Part shown: positions 38,158 through 48,325 of the stretch, piece by piece | Layout: each line of letters begins with the position of its first letter | Position numbering within the stretch: the stretch's first letter is position 1 | DNA from: Fidelibacterota bacterium | Lineage (GTDB): Bacteria > Pseudomonadota > Alphaproteobacteria > Rhodospirillales > Rhodospirillaceae | Assembly: GCA_947476275.1 (NCBI GenBank) | Contig: CANJPQ010000003.1 | Coordinates: forward strand, 69,189 to 133,188 | Direction of reading: 5' to 3' | Length of the DNA: 64,000 bases | Translations under genes and position numbers: made by a program | Notes under the pieces: generated by a model | What the model was told of the DNA's origin: nothing | Seen by the model: the letters and a program-made list of their open reading frames with translations, nothing else | Database searches by the model: none

Positions 38158-38736
38158 GTGACTCAGTGCTCCGAGGTGCCGCAGGACGCGCGCGTCCACA
38201 AGCCGTCTGTCCGGCGAAAGCCGAGAAACGGCTTTCGCTCTGGAACGGGTTGGGCGCAGCTCTGCGGTTAAGGTTGAAAAGGGTGACGTCAGGCGAGAGG
38301 CCCGGCTCACACGACGCGGCGACCACGGTCCGGGGACGCCAACCGACTACCGTCGGTTGTCGCAGCTTGGAGAGTTCCGGAACACTATGGAATGCGGCGG
38401 CGGGCACGCCTGGCCTCTTGTCATTCTTGCGCGGGGGATCGGAAAGATCCGGGGGCGCGATGGCGGAACGGCGGACCGTCCCAGGATTTATCGTGGCGGG
38501 AGAAGCGATAAGCGCGGCAGCAGGGGCGGGTGCCCCATGCCGGTCGATCATTCGTTCCGCGGCGATGCAGCAAAGATAGCTGCAACACCGTTACAGTCCA
38601 ACGTGAAATTCCCGCGACAGCGCCTTCAATTGGGCGGGATGGTAACGACTCGGACTTACACTTGCCGCGACTCGGAAAATTATGCTACATTCTAATTAGT
38701 TAAGGTATTTTCTAATTTTAGTTGCGGCCAGGGACA

Positions 38737-39969
38737 ATGCGCGGCGGGGATAAGCCGACATCCAGGGGACCCTCAGACCCCGTTGCGGGAACGGACCGGC
38801 GCCTCGTGCTGGCTGCCGCCGTCGGTGCCGGCGCCGTGCTTTGGGCGAACTTCGCCCGCGGTGCCACGGCCCAGACCGTCCGCCTTCACGACCACGCCAC
38901 ACATACGCGCCTTGTTGTCGAACTCACGGGGCCGGTCGAGTTCAAGGTTAGGCGCTTCGCAGATCCCTATCGGCTGGCGATCGACATCCCTGGGCTCGAG
39001 TGGTCAGGGGATGAGCGCAGTGCCGGAACCGGCCTCATATCCAATGTGCAGTACAGTCGGCAAACCTCTGTTGCGACGTCAATTTTTGTCGATCTCAAGG
39101 GGCCGGTGAAAGTCGCGCATGCGTTCGTGCTGCCGGCAACCGGGACCACGCCGACGCGGCTGGTCCTCGACCTGGAGCCCTCCACACGCGAGCTGTTTTT
39201 GGCCGGCGCGGAGGCAGTCCCCGCTGCCAAGATCGTCCCGGTGGTCGCGAAGACCAGCAAGATCGAGCCGGCACGGAAGTTCAAGATCGTCGCGATCGAT
39301 CCCGGCCACGGCGGCATCGATCCCGGCGCCATCGGCTTCAGCGGGATCTATGAAAAAGAGATCACCCTTGCGGCGGCGCGCCAGCTCAAGACCCGTATCG
39401 AGGCGACCGGCCGCTACAAGGCCATCCTGACCCGCGGCGACGATTCCTCCGTCGCCCTGCGCCAACGGACCGAAATCGCGCGGCATGGCACCGCGGATCT
39501 GTTCATTTCCCTTCACGCGGATTCGATCCGCGACCCAGGCGTGCGTGGCCTGTCTGTGTATACCCTGTCGGAAAGGGCCTCGGACGCAGAAGCCGAGGCC
39601 CTCGCCGCCAAGGAAAACCAGGCCGACAGCATCATCGGCATGGACCTGAGCCACGAGAGTGCCGAGGTCCGCAATATTCTGGTCGACCTGGCCCAGCGCG
39701 AGAGCCGCAATCTCGCCACCCGTTTTGCCGGCCGCCTGATCGGCGAGCTGCAGCGGGAGGCCCGTCTGCTGTCCAATTCCCACCGGTTCGCTGGTTTCGC
39801 GGTCTTGAAGTCGCCTGATATTCCCTCGGTCCTGATCGAGATGGGCTATCTCTCGAACCGGGAAGACGAGGCTGCCCTGAAGAAAGAGGGCTACCGGACC
39901 AAGCTGATGACCGCGGTCGTGCGGGGGGTTGATCAATATTTCAACTCCGCCGTTGTCGCCCGAATGTAA
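38737..39969 (+). CDS. N-acetylmuramoyl-L-alanine amidase (AmiC-like, Tat leader, AMIN domain)
   Basis: DRRLVLAAAVGAGAVLWANFARGATA leader; catalytic VAIDPGHGGIDPGA. ATG 38737 with an AGGGA Shine-Dalgarno (the track start is TTG 38722). Confidence 0.9.
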   Translation: MRGGDKPTSRGPSDPVAGTDRRLVLAAAVGAGAVLWANFARGATAQTVRLHDHATHTRLVVELTGPVEFKVRRFADPYRLAIDIPGLEWSGDERSAGTGLISNVQYSRQTSVATSIFVDLKGPVKVAHAFVLPATGTTPTRLVLDLEPSTRELFLAGAEAVPAAKIVPVVAKTSKIEPARKFKIVAIDPGHGGIDPGAIGFSGIYEKEITLAAARQLKTRIEATGRYKAILTRGDDSSVALRQRTEIARHGTADLFISLHADSIRDPGVRGLSVYTLSERASDAEAEALAAKENQADSIIGMDLSHESAEVRNILVDLAQRESRNLATRFAGRLIGELQREARLLSNSHRFAGFAVLKSPDIPSVLIEMGYLSNREDEAALKKEGYRTKLMTAVVRGVDQYFNSAVVARM

Positions 39970-40074
39970 CAAGCTGGCGGGTCAACGCGTTCTGGCCCCG
40001 GAGCGTATTGCCTAGGGGGTGGGGGCGTCTTAAACCCTTGCCGCTACCCGCGGACCAGCCGCATAGGGCTTGCG

Positions 40075-42561
40075 ATGTTGTCGATGTCTCACTGGCGCGT
40101 GATCGCCATCGGTCTCTGCGTGGTGCTGTCGGGCATCTTCGTGGTCGGCGCCGGGGTGATCTTCCTCTTCTGGCAGTACGGCCAGGACATGCCGGACTAT
40201 CGGGCGCTGGCGAATTATGAGCCGCCGGTGATGACCCGCGTCTATGCCGGCGACGGGCGGCTGCTCCAGGAATACGCGGTTGAGAGCCGCTCCTTCGTTC
40301 CGATCAACGCCATCCCGAAGCAGGTGATCAACGCCTTCATCGCCTCCGAGGATCAGCGCTTTTATACCCACCCCGGCATCGATCCGGTCGGCTTGCTCCG
40401 CGCCTCTGTCGTTGCCGTCGGCGAGAAGCTGTCGGGCAGCGACAAGCGCATCAAAGGGGCGTCGAGCATCACCCAGCAGGTCGCGCAGTTGTTCCTGCTG
40501 GGCAAGGAATACAAGTTCACACGCAAGATTAAGGAAGCGATCCTATCCATCCGGATTGAAGAGACTTTAAGCAAGGATCGCATCCTCGAGCTGTACCTCA
40601 ATCAGATATATCTTGGCGCTCAGTCCTACGGCGTCGCGGCTGCGGCGATGAACTACTTCAACAAGTCGCTCGATGAGCTGACCTTGAGCGAGACGGCCTT
40701 CCTCGCGGCGCTCCCGAAAGGCCCCAACAACTACAATCCGGATCGCCACCCCGAAGCCGCGCGCGATCGCCGCGACTACGTGGTCGAGCGCATGCTGGAG
40801 GACGGCTACATCACGCGCGCCGATGCCGACGTCGCCCGCAAAGAGGTCATCGCCATCGCGCCGAAGACCGAGGGGCAGGTCGTCTCTGGCGGCGAGTATT
40901 TCGCGGAAGAGGTGCGTCGCGAACTGGCCGACCGGTATGGCGACACGGCTCTCTATAAGGGGGGCCTCGCCGTACGGACGTCCCTCGACCCGAAACTCCA
41001 AAGCTACGCCGATGCGGTCATGCGCGAGGGCCTGGTCCGCTACGACCGGCGCCATGGCTGGCGCGGTCCCGCTGGCCGTATCGACAGCCTCGCCAAGTTT
41101 AAGGATTTTCCGGCGCCCGGCGGCATGCCGGAGAACTGGGAACTGGCCTATGTGGAGGAGGTCGCCCCCGATCACGCCGCGATCGTCCTGAAGAATGGAA
41201 AGAAGGGCACCATTCCGCTGCCGGAGCTGACCTGGGCGCGCAAATGGCTGCCCGACCAGCAGCGCGGTGAAGCCGTGACCAAGGCCGGCCAGGTGCTCGC
41301 CGTTGGCGACGTGATTATGGTCGGCCGCGACAAGCGCCCCGACGTGAACGATCCCCTCAGCGCTCTCGGCGGCAAGGAGATGCTGGCGGACGGCATCTAT
41401 GGCCTGCGCCAACTGCCGCAAGTCGAGGGCGCCATCGTGGTGATGGACCCGCACACCGGCCGCGTGTTGGCGCTGACGGGAGGGTTCGCCTATGCGCGCT
41501 CCCAGTTCGATCGGGCGGTCCAGGCCCTGCGGCAGCCGGGGTCGGCGTTCAAGCCGTTCGTCTATCTCACGGCGATGGAGAACGGCTACACACCCTCCAC
41601 CCTGGTGCTCGACGCGCCGTTCGTGATGGAGCAGGGGCCGGGCCTCCCGAAGTGGAAGCCGCATAACTTCGAGGAAGGCGAGTACCTCGGCCTCGCGACC
41701 CTGCGCGTGGGGCTTGAGAAGTCGCACAACCTCATGACGGTGCGGCTGGCCCAGGCCGTCACGATGGAGAAGATCGCGGCGACCACAGAGGCCTTCGGCA
41801 TCTATGACAAGCTCGATCCGTTCCTCGCCAATGCTCTGGGCGCGCAGGATACCACCCCCTTGCGCCTTACCACCGCCTACGCGCAGTTGGTGAACGGCGG
41901 ACGCAAGCTAACCCCAACGCTGATCGACCGCGTCCAAGATCGCACCGGCAAGACCGTCTACCGTTATGACCAGCGCCAGTGCGCCGATTGCCAGGGCGTG
42001 CTTTGGAACGGCCAGGCGCCGCCGGAACTGCCGGACCCCCGCGCGCAGGTCACCGATCCCGCCAGCGCCTACCAGATCGTGCACATGCTGGAAGGCGTGG
42101 TCGAGCGCGGCACCGGGACGTCGGTCGCGGTGGTGAAGAAGCCCATCGCCGGCAAAACCGGCACATCGAACGATATCCAGAGTGTTTGGTTCATCGGCTT
42201 TACGCCGGACCTGGTGGCGGGCGTTTTCGTCGGCTTCGACGAACCCCGCACGTTGGGCTCGCGCGAGCAGGGTGCGACTGTTGCGGCGCCGATCTTCCGC
42301 GACTTCATGCTGCAGGCCCTCAAGGACAAGCCGGCGACGCCGTTTCGCGTGCCGGAAGGCGTCAGCTTCGTGCGCATCAACCACGACACCGGCAAGCCGG
42401 CCCAGCCCGGCGACGCCAAGGTGATGCTGGAAGCGTTCAAGACCGGTTCGTCGCCCTACGATCAGCAGACCGTGATGGGCGATGCCGGCACCTTGGATGC
42501 CGAGGCGACGATGATCGAGACCAGCACGCCGGCCGCCCCCAGCGCTGGCGGTCTGTACTAG
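40075..42561 (+). CDS. mrcA: penicillin-binding protein 1A
   Basis: GT51 motif ASEDQRFYTHPGID; transpeptidase motifs SAFKPF, KSHN, KTGT. Confidence 0.95.
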   Translation: MLSMSHWRVIAIGLCVVLSGIFVVGAGVIFLFWQYGQDMPDYRALANYEPPVMTRVYAGDGRLLQEYAVESRSFVPINAIPKQVINAFIASEDQRFYTHPGIDPVGLLRASVVAVGEKLSGSDKRIKGASSITQQVAQLFLLGKEYKFTRKIKEAILSIRIEETLSKDRILELYLNQIYLGAQSYGVAAAAMNYFNKSLDELTLSETAFLAALPKGPNNYNPDRHPEAARDRRDYVVERMLEDGYITRADADVARKEVIAIAPKTEGQVVSGGEYFAEEVRRELADRYGDTALYKGGLAVRTSLDPKLQSYADAVMREGLVRYDRRHGWRGPAGRIDSLAKFKDFPAPGGMPENWELAYVEEVAPDHAAIVLKNGKKGTIPLPELTWARKWLPDQQRGEAVTKAGQVLAVGDVIMVGRDKRPDVNDPLSALGGKEMLADGIYGLRQLPQVEGAIVVMDPHTGRVLALTGGFAYARSQFDRAVQALRQPGSAFKPFVYLTAMENGYTPSTLVLDAPFVMEQGPGLPKWKPHNFEEGEYLGLATLRVGLEKSHNLMTVRLAQAVTMEKIAATTEAFGIYDKLDPFLANALGAQDTTPLRLTTAYAQLVNGGRKLTPTLIDRVQDRTGKTVYRYDQRQCADCQGVLWNGQAPPELPDPRAQVTDPASAYQIVHMLEGVVERGTGTSVAVVKKPIAGKTGTSNDIQSVWFIGFTPDLVAGVFVGFDEPRTLGSREQGATVAAPIFRDFMLQALKDKPATPFRVPEGVSFVRINHDTGKPAQPGDAKVMLEAFKTGSSPYDQQTVMGDAGTLDAEATMIETSTPAAPSAGGLY

Positions 42562-42627
42562 GGTCTTGAGCGCCAGTACCAAGTTGCTTAGATAACCATA
42601 GCGTTTCCCGTTCCAGTGAGCACTGCC

Positions 42628-43750
42628 ATGCGTCCCGACATCGAAAACAAGGTTGTTGAGATCAAGCGTTCCCTGGACTTGCTCCGGAGGCATCTTTGAC
42701 TGGGATCGCGCGCTTTATCGCCTGGACGAACTGAACGCCAAGGCTGAAGACCCCAATCTCTGGAACAATTCCGGTGCCGCGCAGAAGCTGATGCGCGAAC
42801 GCACCCAACTCGCCAATGCCGTCGAGGGCACCAGGAAGCTCGACCGCGAATTGGACGACGCCATCACCCTCTCCGAAATGGCCGAGGAAGAGAAGGACGA
42901 GGCGACGCTGGAGGAAGCGCGGCGCGCCCTCGCGGACGTCTACGAACGCGTCAAAGCGCAGGAGCTGGAAAGCTTGCTGTCCGGCGAAGCCGACGGCAAC
43001 GACTGCTACCTCGAAATCCATGCCGGCCAGGGTGGCACGGAAGCCCAGGATTGGGCCGAGATGATGGCGCGTATGTACACCCGTTGGGCCGAGAAGAAGG
43101 GCTACAAGGTCGAGTATCTGGAAGAGAGTGCCGGCGAAGGCGGGGGGATCAAGTCGGTCACCTTTCGCATCGCCGGCGTTAATGCCTATGGCTGGCTGAA
43201 GACCGAGAGCGGTGTCCATCGCCTCGTACGCATCTCGCCGTTCGATTCAAACGCGCGGCGTCACACCAGTTTCTCCTCCGTGTGGGTCTATCCCGTGATC
43301 GACGACAGCATCGTCATCGAGATCGACGAGAAGGACTGCCGCATCGACACTTACCGCGCGTCTGGTGCCGGCGGTCAGCACGTCAACAAGACGGACTCCG
43401 CCGTGCGCATCACGCACAACCCGACCAACATCGTGGTGCAGTGCCAGAACGAGCGCTCCCAGCACCAAAACCGGGCCAAGGCGTGGGAGATGCTGCGCGC
43501 GCGCTTGTACGAGCGGGAGTTGGAGCGGCGTGAGGCGATAGCCGCGCAGACTGAAGCCGCCAAGACCGAGATCGGCTGGGGCCACCAGATCCGCTCTTAT
43601 GTGCTGCAGCCCTATCAGCTCGTGAAAGACCTCCGCACCGACTTCGAGACCTCGGATACGCAGGGCGTGCTCGACGGCGATCTCGACAAGTTCATGGCCG
43701 CCTCGCTCGCCTCCCGCATCAAGACGGGCGGCGACGTGCTCATGCCGTAA
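42628..43750 (+). CDS. prfB: peptide chain release factor 2, requires programmed +1 frameshift at 42694-42700
   Basis: Frame 0: ATG 42628 ... CGG AGG CAT CTT TGA C. The +1 frame continues from 42698 ([12 protein letters not shown]...). SPF and GGQ motifs present ([18 protein letters not shown]). Confidence 0.95.
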
Positions 43751-44537
43751 CGGCGAGCCACGGTTCCAAATAGCCGCTCGGCATGCCGGCTTGTGCGCGC
43801 GCCGGAAGATTGAACGGGCCTTTGAGGCCGCCTGCGAAATGCGCTGACAGGATCTCGCGATAGGCGACGTGCGGATCGCGGCTGTCGCGGGCGCAGAGGA
43901 ACTCGAACCAGCGGATGCCGATGGCGAGATGGCTGATCTCGTCGGTGTAGATCGTATCGAGCACGGCCGCGGTGTCTTCGTCGCCGGCGCGGCGGACCTT
44001 AGCCGCTGTTTGTGGGGTGACATCCACGCCGCGCGCTTCGAGGGTGAGGGGCACGAGCACCAGTCGCGCCGCGAGATCGTCCATGGTCTGCATCGCGGCT
44101 TCCCACAAGCCGTCGTGGGCCGCGAGATCGCCATAGCTTGCGCCCATCGCATTCAGGCGGCGCGCCAGCATCGCGTAGTGGCGCGCTTCCTCGTCGGCGA
44201 CGCCGACCCAGTCATCGAGAAACGCGCGGGGCATGTCCTGGCCGAAGCGGGCGATGATATCCCACGCCAGGTCGATGGCATTGAGTTCGATGTGCGCGAG
44301 CGCATGGATCAGGGCGATGCGGCCCTTCGGTCCGGTCGAGCGGCGGGGCATCGCGCCGGGTGACAACAGTTCGGGACGGGCCGGGCGGCCGGGTCGCTGC
44401 AGCGGCGAGGCGTTGCCGAACACCATATTACCCGCGCGCCAACCGGCAGCGAGAGCGGCTGTCTTCGCGACCTTGGCGTCGGGATCGGCGGCGGCGATGA
44501 TATCCACCGCCGCCGCGCTGAGGCTAGAGTTCGGCAA
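43740..44537 (-). CDS. DUF455 ferritin-like domain protein
   Basis: [19 protein letters not shown]...EEARHY...DEISHL (di-iron-like ExxH pairs). 14-nt overlap with the bcp 3' end. Confidence 0.8.
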   Translation of the reverse strand: MPNSSLSAAAVDIIAAADPDAKVAKTAALAAGWRAGNMVFGNASPLQRPGRPARPELLSPGAMPRRSTGPKGRIALIHALAHIELNAIDLAWDIIARFGQDMPRAFLDDWVGVADEEARHYAMLARRLNAMGASYGDLAAHDGLWEAAMQTMDDLAARLVLVPLTLEARGVDVTPQTAAKVRRAGDEDTAAVLDTIYTDEISHLAIGIRWFEFLCARDSRDPHVAYREILSAHFAGGLKGPFNLPARAQAGMPSGYLEPWLAVTA

Positions 44538-45165
44538 GAGCTGCGCTGACGTCGTCGTAATGGGTGGGGACGCTGACGCCGCGCCATTCCTTACGCACGA
44601 TGCCTTTCTCGTCGATCAGGAAGGTCGAGCGTTGGATGCCCATGTACTTCCGGCCGTACATGTTCTTTTCGACCCAAACGCCGTACTTCTCGCTCACGCC
44701 GGTGTTCTCGTCCGAGGCGAGCAGGAAGTTCAGATCGTACTTGGTCTTGAACTTCTGGTGGCTGCCGATGCTGTCCTTCGAGACGCCGATGACCACGGTA
44801 TTGGCGCTCGCAAGGGCATCCATGCCGTCGCGCAAGGCGCAGGCCTGTGCCGTGCAGCCCGGTGTGTCGTCCTTGGGATAGAAATACAGCAGCACGCGCT
44901 GACCGCGGAAGTCGGCGAGCGAGATGCTCTGACCGTGGCCGGTAGGCATTGTGAAAGCCGGAGCGGGCTTTCCGGTAAGGGAACTTGCGCCAGCCGGTGC
45001 GGCCTTGGCTGCTTTGGTCGGCTTCTTGACCGGCTTCGGGGCGGCCTTCTTGGCAACCTTCTTCGCCGTCTTTTTCGCACTCTTTTTGACGGGCGCCTTC
45101 TTCTTCGCGACGACCTTCTTCTTGGTCACTTTCTTCGCAGACTTCTTTGCTTTCTTCTTCGCCAT
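44524..45165 (-). CDS. bcp: thiol peroxidase Bcp (peroxiredoxin Q) with Lys/Ala-rich N-terminal tail
   Basis: YFYPKDDTPGCTAQAC active site. The first 57 residues contain 26 Lys (AKKKAKKSAKKVTKKK...). Confidence 0.9.
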   Translation of the reverse strand: MAKKKAKKSAKKVTKKKVVAKKKAPVKKSAKKTAKKVAKKAAPKPVKKPTKAAKAAPAGASSLTGKPAPAFTMPTGHGQSISLADFRGQRVLLYFYPKDDTPGCTAQACALRDGMDALASANTVVIGVSKDSIGSHQKFKTKYDLNFLLASDENTGVSEKYGVWVEKNMYGRKYMGIQRSTFLIDEKGIVRKEWRGVSVPTHYDDVSAALAEL

Positions 45166-45168
45166 GGA

Positions 45169-48078
45169 TCACTCCTTCCGATCGCCGATCGTTTGCTGGA
45201 ATACCTGTGAAACCGCCGCCGCGCGCTGCGCGATCAGCGCCTGCAGTGCCGCAAAATCCGCCACCGCTGCTGCCGCTGCGAGCTTGCGCTGCAATCCCAG
45301 CGGCAAGTCACTCGGCGACTCTTCCACCAGCGTCAATCGCAACATGACTTGCAAGCGCAGCCAGAGCAACAGGCCCACCCCGAGAATGTCGCCCGCTTCA
45401 GCCGAAAGGGCGCCTTTTTGCACAAGCTTAACAATCGTTTCCGGCGTGCCATCGCGGCCAGTGCGCGCCGGGGCGCCCGTGGCGAGCGTCAGATATTGGA
45501 GGATGAATTCCCCATCCACCAATCCGCCTGGGCGGTGCTTTAGGTCCCAAGTGTCCTTGCCGGGATGTTCCTTGCGCATGCGGGCGCGCATTTCTGCAAC
45601 GTCGTTGCGGAGCGCCGTCTGATCGCGGGGGCGCCTGAGCACATCGTCAAAGACGGCCTCAACCCGGCCACACAGATCCGGCGATCCGACGACGACCCGG
45701 GCGCGGGTCAGGGCAAGGTGCTCCCAGGTCCACGCGGTCTCGCGCTGGTACTTGGCGAGGGATTCGAAACTGGAGGCGAGCGGCCCTTGTTCCCCGTCGG
45801 GGCGAAGTCGCATGTCGACACTATAGAGCGAACCCTCGCGAGTCAGGAGAGTCAGCGCCGTCACCAGGCGCTGCGTGAAGCGCATGTAGTACATCGGCGC
45901 GGAAAGGGACCGAGGTCCGCCGTGGGACATCGCGTCCGCCGGCGCATCGTAGACCAGCACCAAGTCGAGGTCGGAGGTGGGGGTGAGCTCGCGGCTCCCG
46001 AGCTTGCCGTAGGCGATCAGGGCAATCTGCCCGTCGGTGATCGTGCCAAACTGGCGCACGAAGTCGGATTCGACGTGCGGCAGCAATCCGGCGAGCACCA
46101 CGTCCGCCACGTCGGTGAAGTGGCGTGCCCCTTGCTCCGCGGGGATCTGGCCGCGCAAGCACTGCACGCCGATGCGGAATCGCTGATCGTTTGCCCAGCG
46201 CCGTCCGATATCAAGCACCGCTTCAAACGACGTCGCGGCGGCAAGGGTGGTTTTCAGATCGGCGGCGAGGTCCGTCTTGTCCTGGATCGCCTCGTAGAAC
46301 TGCGGCTCCAGCACGAAATCGAGCAACGATGGGTTGCGGGCGAGATGCTCCGCGAGGCGCGGTGCATCGCCCATGATCTCGGCTACAAGGTCGAGCAGCT
46401 CGGGATTGGCTTGGAACACGGACAGAAGCTGCACGCCGCTGGGAAGCTCGGCGAGTGTGCGGTCGAAGCGTGTCAATGCGTCATCGGGCTGCGCGGTCTT
46501 GCCCAGCGCGATCAGCAGGCCCGGCATGATCTCCGTCATCAGCTGCCGCGCACGCGTGCTGCGCGTCGCGCGGTAGCGGCCGTGGTGCCAGGCGCGCACG
46601 GCGGTTCCGACCGCCGACGGATTTTGAAATCCCAGACGGCGCAAGGTCGCCATCGTGTCCGGATCGTCTTCGGTCCCGGTGAAAACCAGATTGCCCTCGA
46701 TGGCGAGCGACGGCGCATCCTCGAACAGTCCGGCATAGTGGGTTTCGACAACGCGCAGGGCTGATTCCACATCGCGTTCGAACGTCGCGCGATCTGAATA
46801 GCCCATGAAGGCGGCGAGATGGATCAACTGGTCGGCGTCGGTCGGCAGGGTTTGAGTCTGCTCGTCTGCGATCATCTGCAAGCGGTGTTCCAACGTCCGC
46901 AGATAGCGATAGGTGGCGGCGAGATCGTCGCGTACCGCCGGGGCGACGAAGCCCTTTTCGGTGAGCGCGTCCAGCGCAACCAAGGTCTGCGACGAACGCG
47001 TGCCGGGCACGCGGCCGCCCCAGATGAGCTGCTGGGTCTGCACGAAGAACTCAATCTCGCGGATGCCGCCGCGGCCGAGCTTGATGTTGTGGCCGGCCAC
47101 CTGGATCGTGCCGCCGCCCTTATGGGCATAGATCTGGCGCTTGATCGAGTGGATGTCCTGCAGCGCATAGAAGTCGAGGGACTTGCGCCAGATGAACGGC
47201 TGCAGGTCTTTCAAGAAAGCTGCGGCGGCGTCGCTATCGCCGGCGATGAAGCGCGCCTTGATGAGGGCGGCGCGTTCCCAATTCTGGCCGTAGCTCTCGT
47301 AGTAGATTTGCGCGGCCTCGCGGCTGACCGCGATGGCGGTCGAGCCGGGATCGGGACGCAGGCGCAAGTCGGTGCGGAAGACATAACCGTCGCCGGTGCG
47401 CTCTTGCAGGACCCGCACCAAGTCCTTGGTCAGGTCGACGGCGAACTCCTGGGGCGACTTCTTGCCGATGTAGGGTAAGCGGTCCGGATCGAACATCACG
47501 AGCAGGTCGATGTCGGAAGAGTAATTGAGTTCGTGCGCACCGAGCTTGCCGACACCCACCACGACGTAGCCGGAGCCTTCCAGGGCGGAACTCTTCAGGC
47601 GGCTCATCGCCACCGCTTGCACGAGCAGGCCGGTGAGCGCTTTGCGCACGCACGCATCGGCGAAGTCGGAGAGGGCCACGACGACCTGATCGACGCTCCA
47701 TTGGCTCGACAGATCGGCGAGCGCGATCGCCAAGGCGGCGCGGGCTTTGGCGATCCTCAGGGACCGCATGAGGGCAGGAATGTCGCCATCGTCGGGGATG
47801 GCGTCGATCATCGTTAACGCCGCATTCACAGCCGCGGCCGCACCATCGGCGGAGAAGATCCGCAGGATGTCGGGATGCGCATCCAGGAGCCGTCCCAAGA
47901 AAGGACTGTTGTCGAGAATGCCATCCATCAGGGCGGCGGGCTGCACGCGGGCGCTCGCGACAAATGCGGCATCGGCCGCATCCAACCGCTCCGCGTCTTG
48001 CGCCCATTCTTCGCGCAGCCGCTGCGCCCGGACCGGGTCAACCGCGCGTGGCAATGGCGTGTAATGCGGCGTGAACAC
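45169..48078 (-). CDS. glnE: bifunctional glutamine synthetase adenylyltransferase/adenylyl-removing enzyme
   Basis: Two nucleotidyltransferase modules (GKLGAHELNYSSDIDLLVMFD and GKLGSRELTPTSDLDLVLVYD). The start is uncertain: GTG 48078 is proposed, and the ORF is open up to 48195. Confidence 0.9.
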   Translation of the reverse strand: MFTPHYTPLPRAVDPVRAQRLREEWAQDAERLDAADAAFVASARVQPAALMDGILDNSPFLGRLLDAHPDILRIFSADGAAAAVNAALTMIDAIPDDGDIPALMRSLRIAKARAALAIALADLSSQWSVDQVVVALSDFADACVRKALTGLLVQAVAMSRLKSSALEGSGYVVVGVGKLGAHELNYSSDIDLLVMFDPDRLPYIGKKSPQEFAVDLTKDLVRVLQERTGDGYVFRTDLRLRPDPGSTAIAVSREAAQIYYESYGQNWERAALIKARFIAGDSDAAAAFLKDLQPFIWRKSLDFYALQDIHSIKRQIYAHKGGGTIQVAGHNIKLGRGGIREIEFFVQTQQLIWGGRVPGTRSSQTLVALDALTEKGFVAPAVRDDLAATYRYLRTLEHRLQMIADEQTQTLPTDADQLIHLAAFMGYSDRATFERDVESALRVVETHYAGLFEDAPSLAIEGNLVFTGTEDDPDTMATLRRLGFQNPSAVGTAVRAWHHGRYRATRSTRARQLMTEIMPGLLIALGKTAQPDDALTRFDRTLAELPSGVQLLSVFQANPELLDLVAEIMGDAPRLAEHLARNPSLLDFVLEPQFYEAIQDKTDLAADLKTTLAAATSFEAVLDIGRRWANDQRFRIGVQCLRGQIPAEQGARHFTDVADVVLAGLLPHVESDFVRQFGTITDGQIALIAYGKLGSRELTPTSDLDLVLVYDAPADAMSHGGPRSLSAPMYYMRFTQRLVTALTLLTREGSLYSVDMRLRPDGEQGPLASSFESLAKYQRETAWTWEHLALTRARVVVGSPDLCGRVEAVFDDVLRRPRDQTALRNDVAEMRARMRKEHPGKDTWDLKHRPGGLVDGEFILQYLTLATGAPARTGRDGTPETIVKLVQKGALSAEAGDILGVGLLLWLRLQVMLRLTLVEESPSDLPLGLQRKLAAAAAVADFAALQALIAQRAAAVSQVFQQTIGDRKE

Positions 48079-48325
48079 AGTTACAAAGCGTGTTTCAGGT
48101 TGTTGGTCCGGACAGTCCGATATACAAGAACCTCGGTCAAGCGGCCCAGGCCCTGGGCTGCCTCTGCTTCTGGCAGAGCGACGCTGCTGTTCCAATCACT
48201 GCCGCAACGGTCAATTCCCGCGGCGCGTACAAGGGAATGCGGATGGCGCAGACGATTGAGGGACACGGTGTCCTCGCGACACGGTATGTTGCCTTCACGC
48301 TGCGTGGGGAAGTGTTAACCCACCT

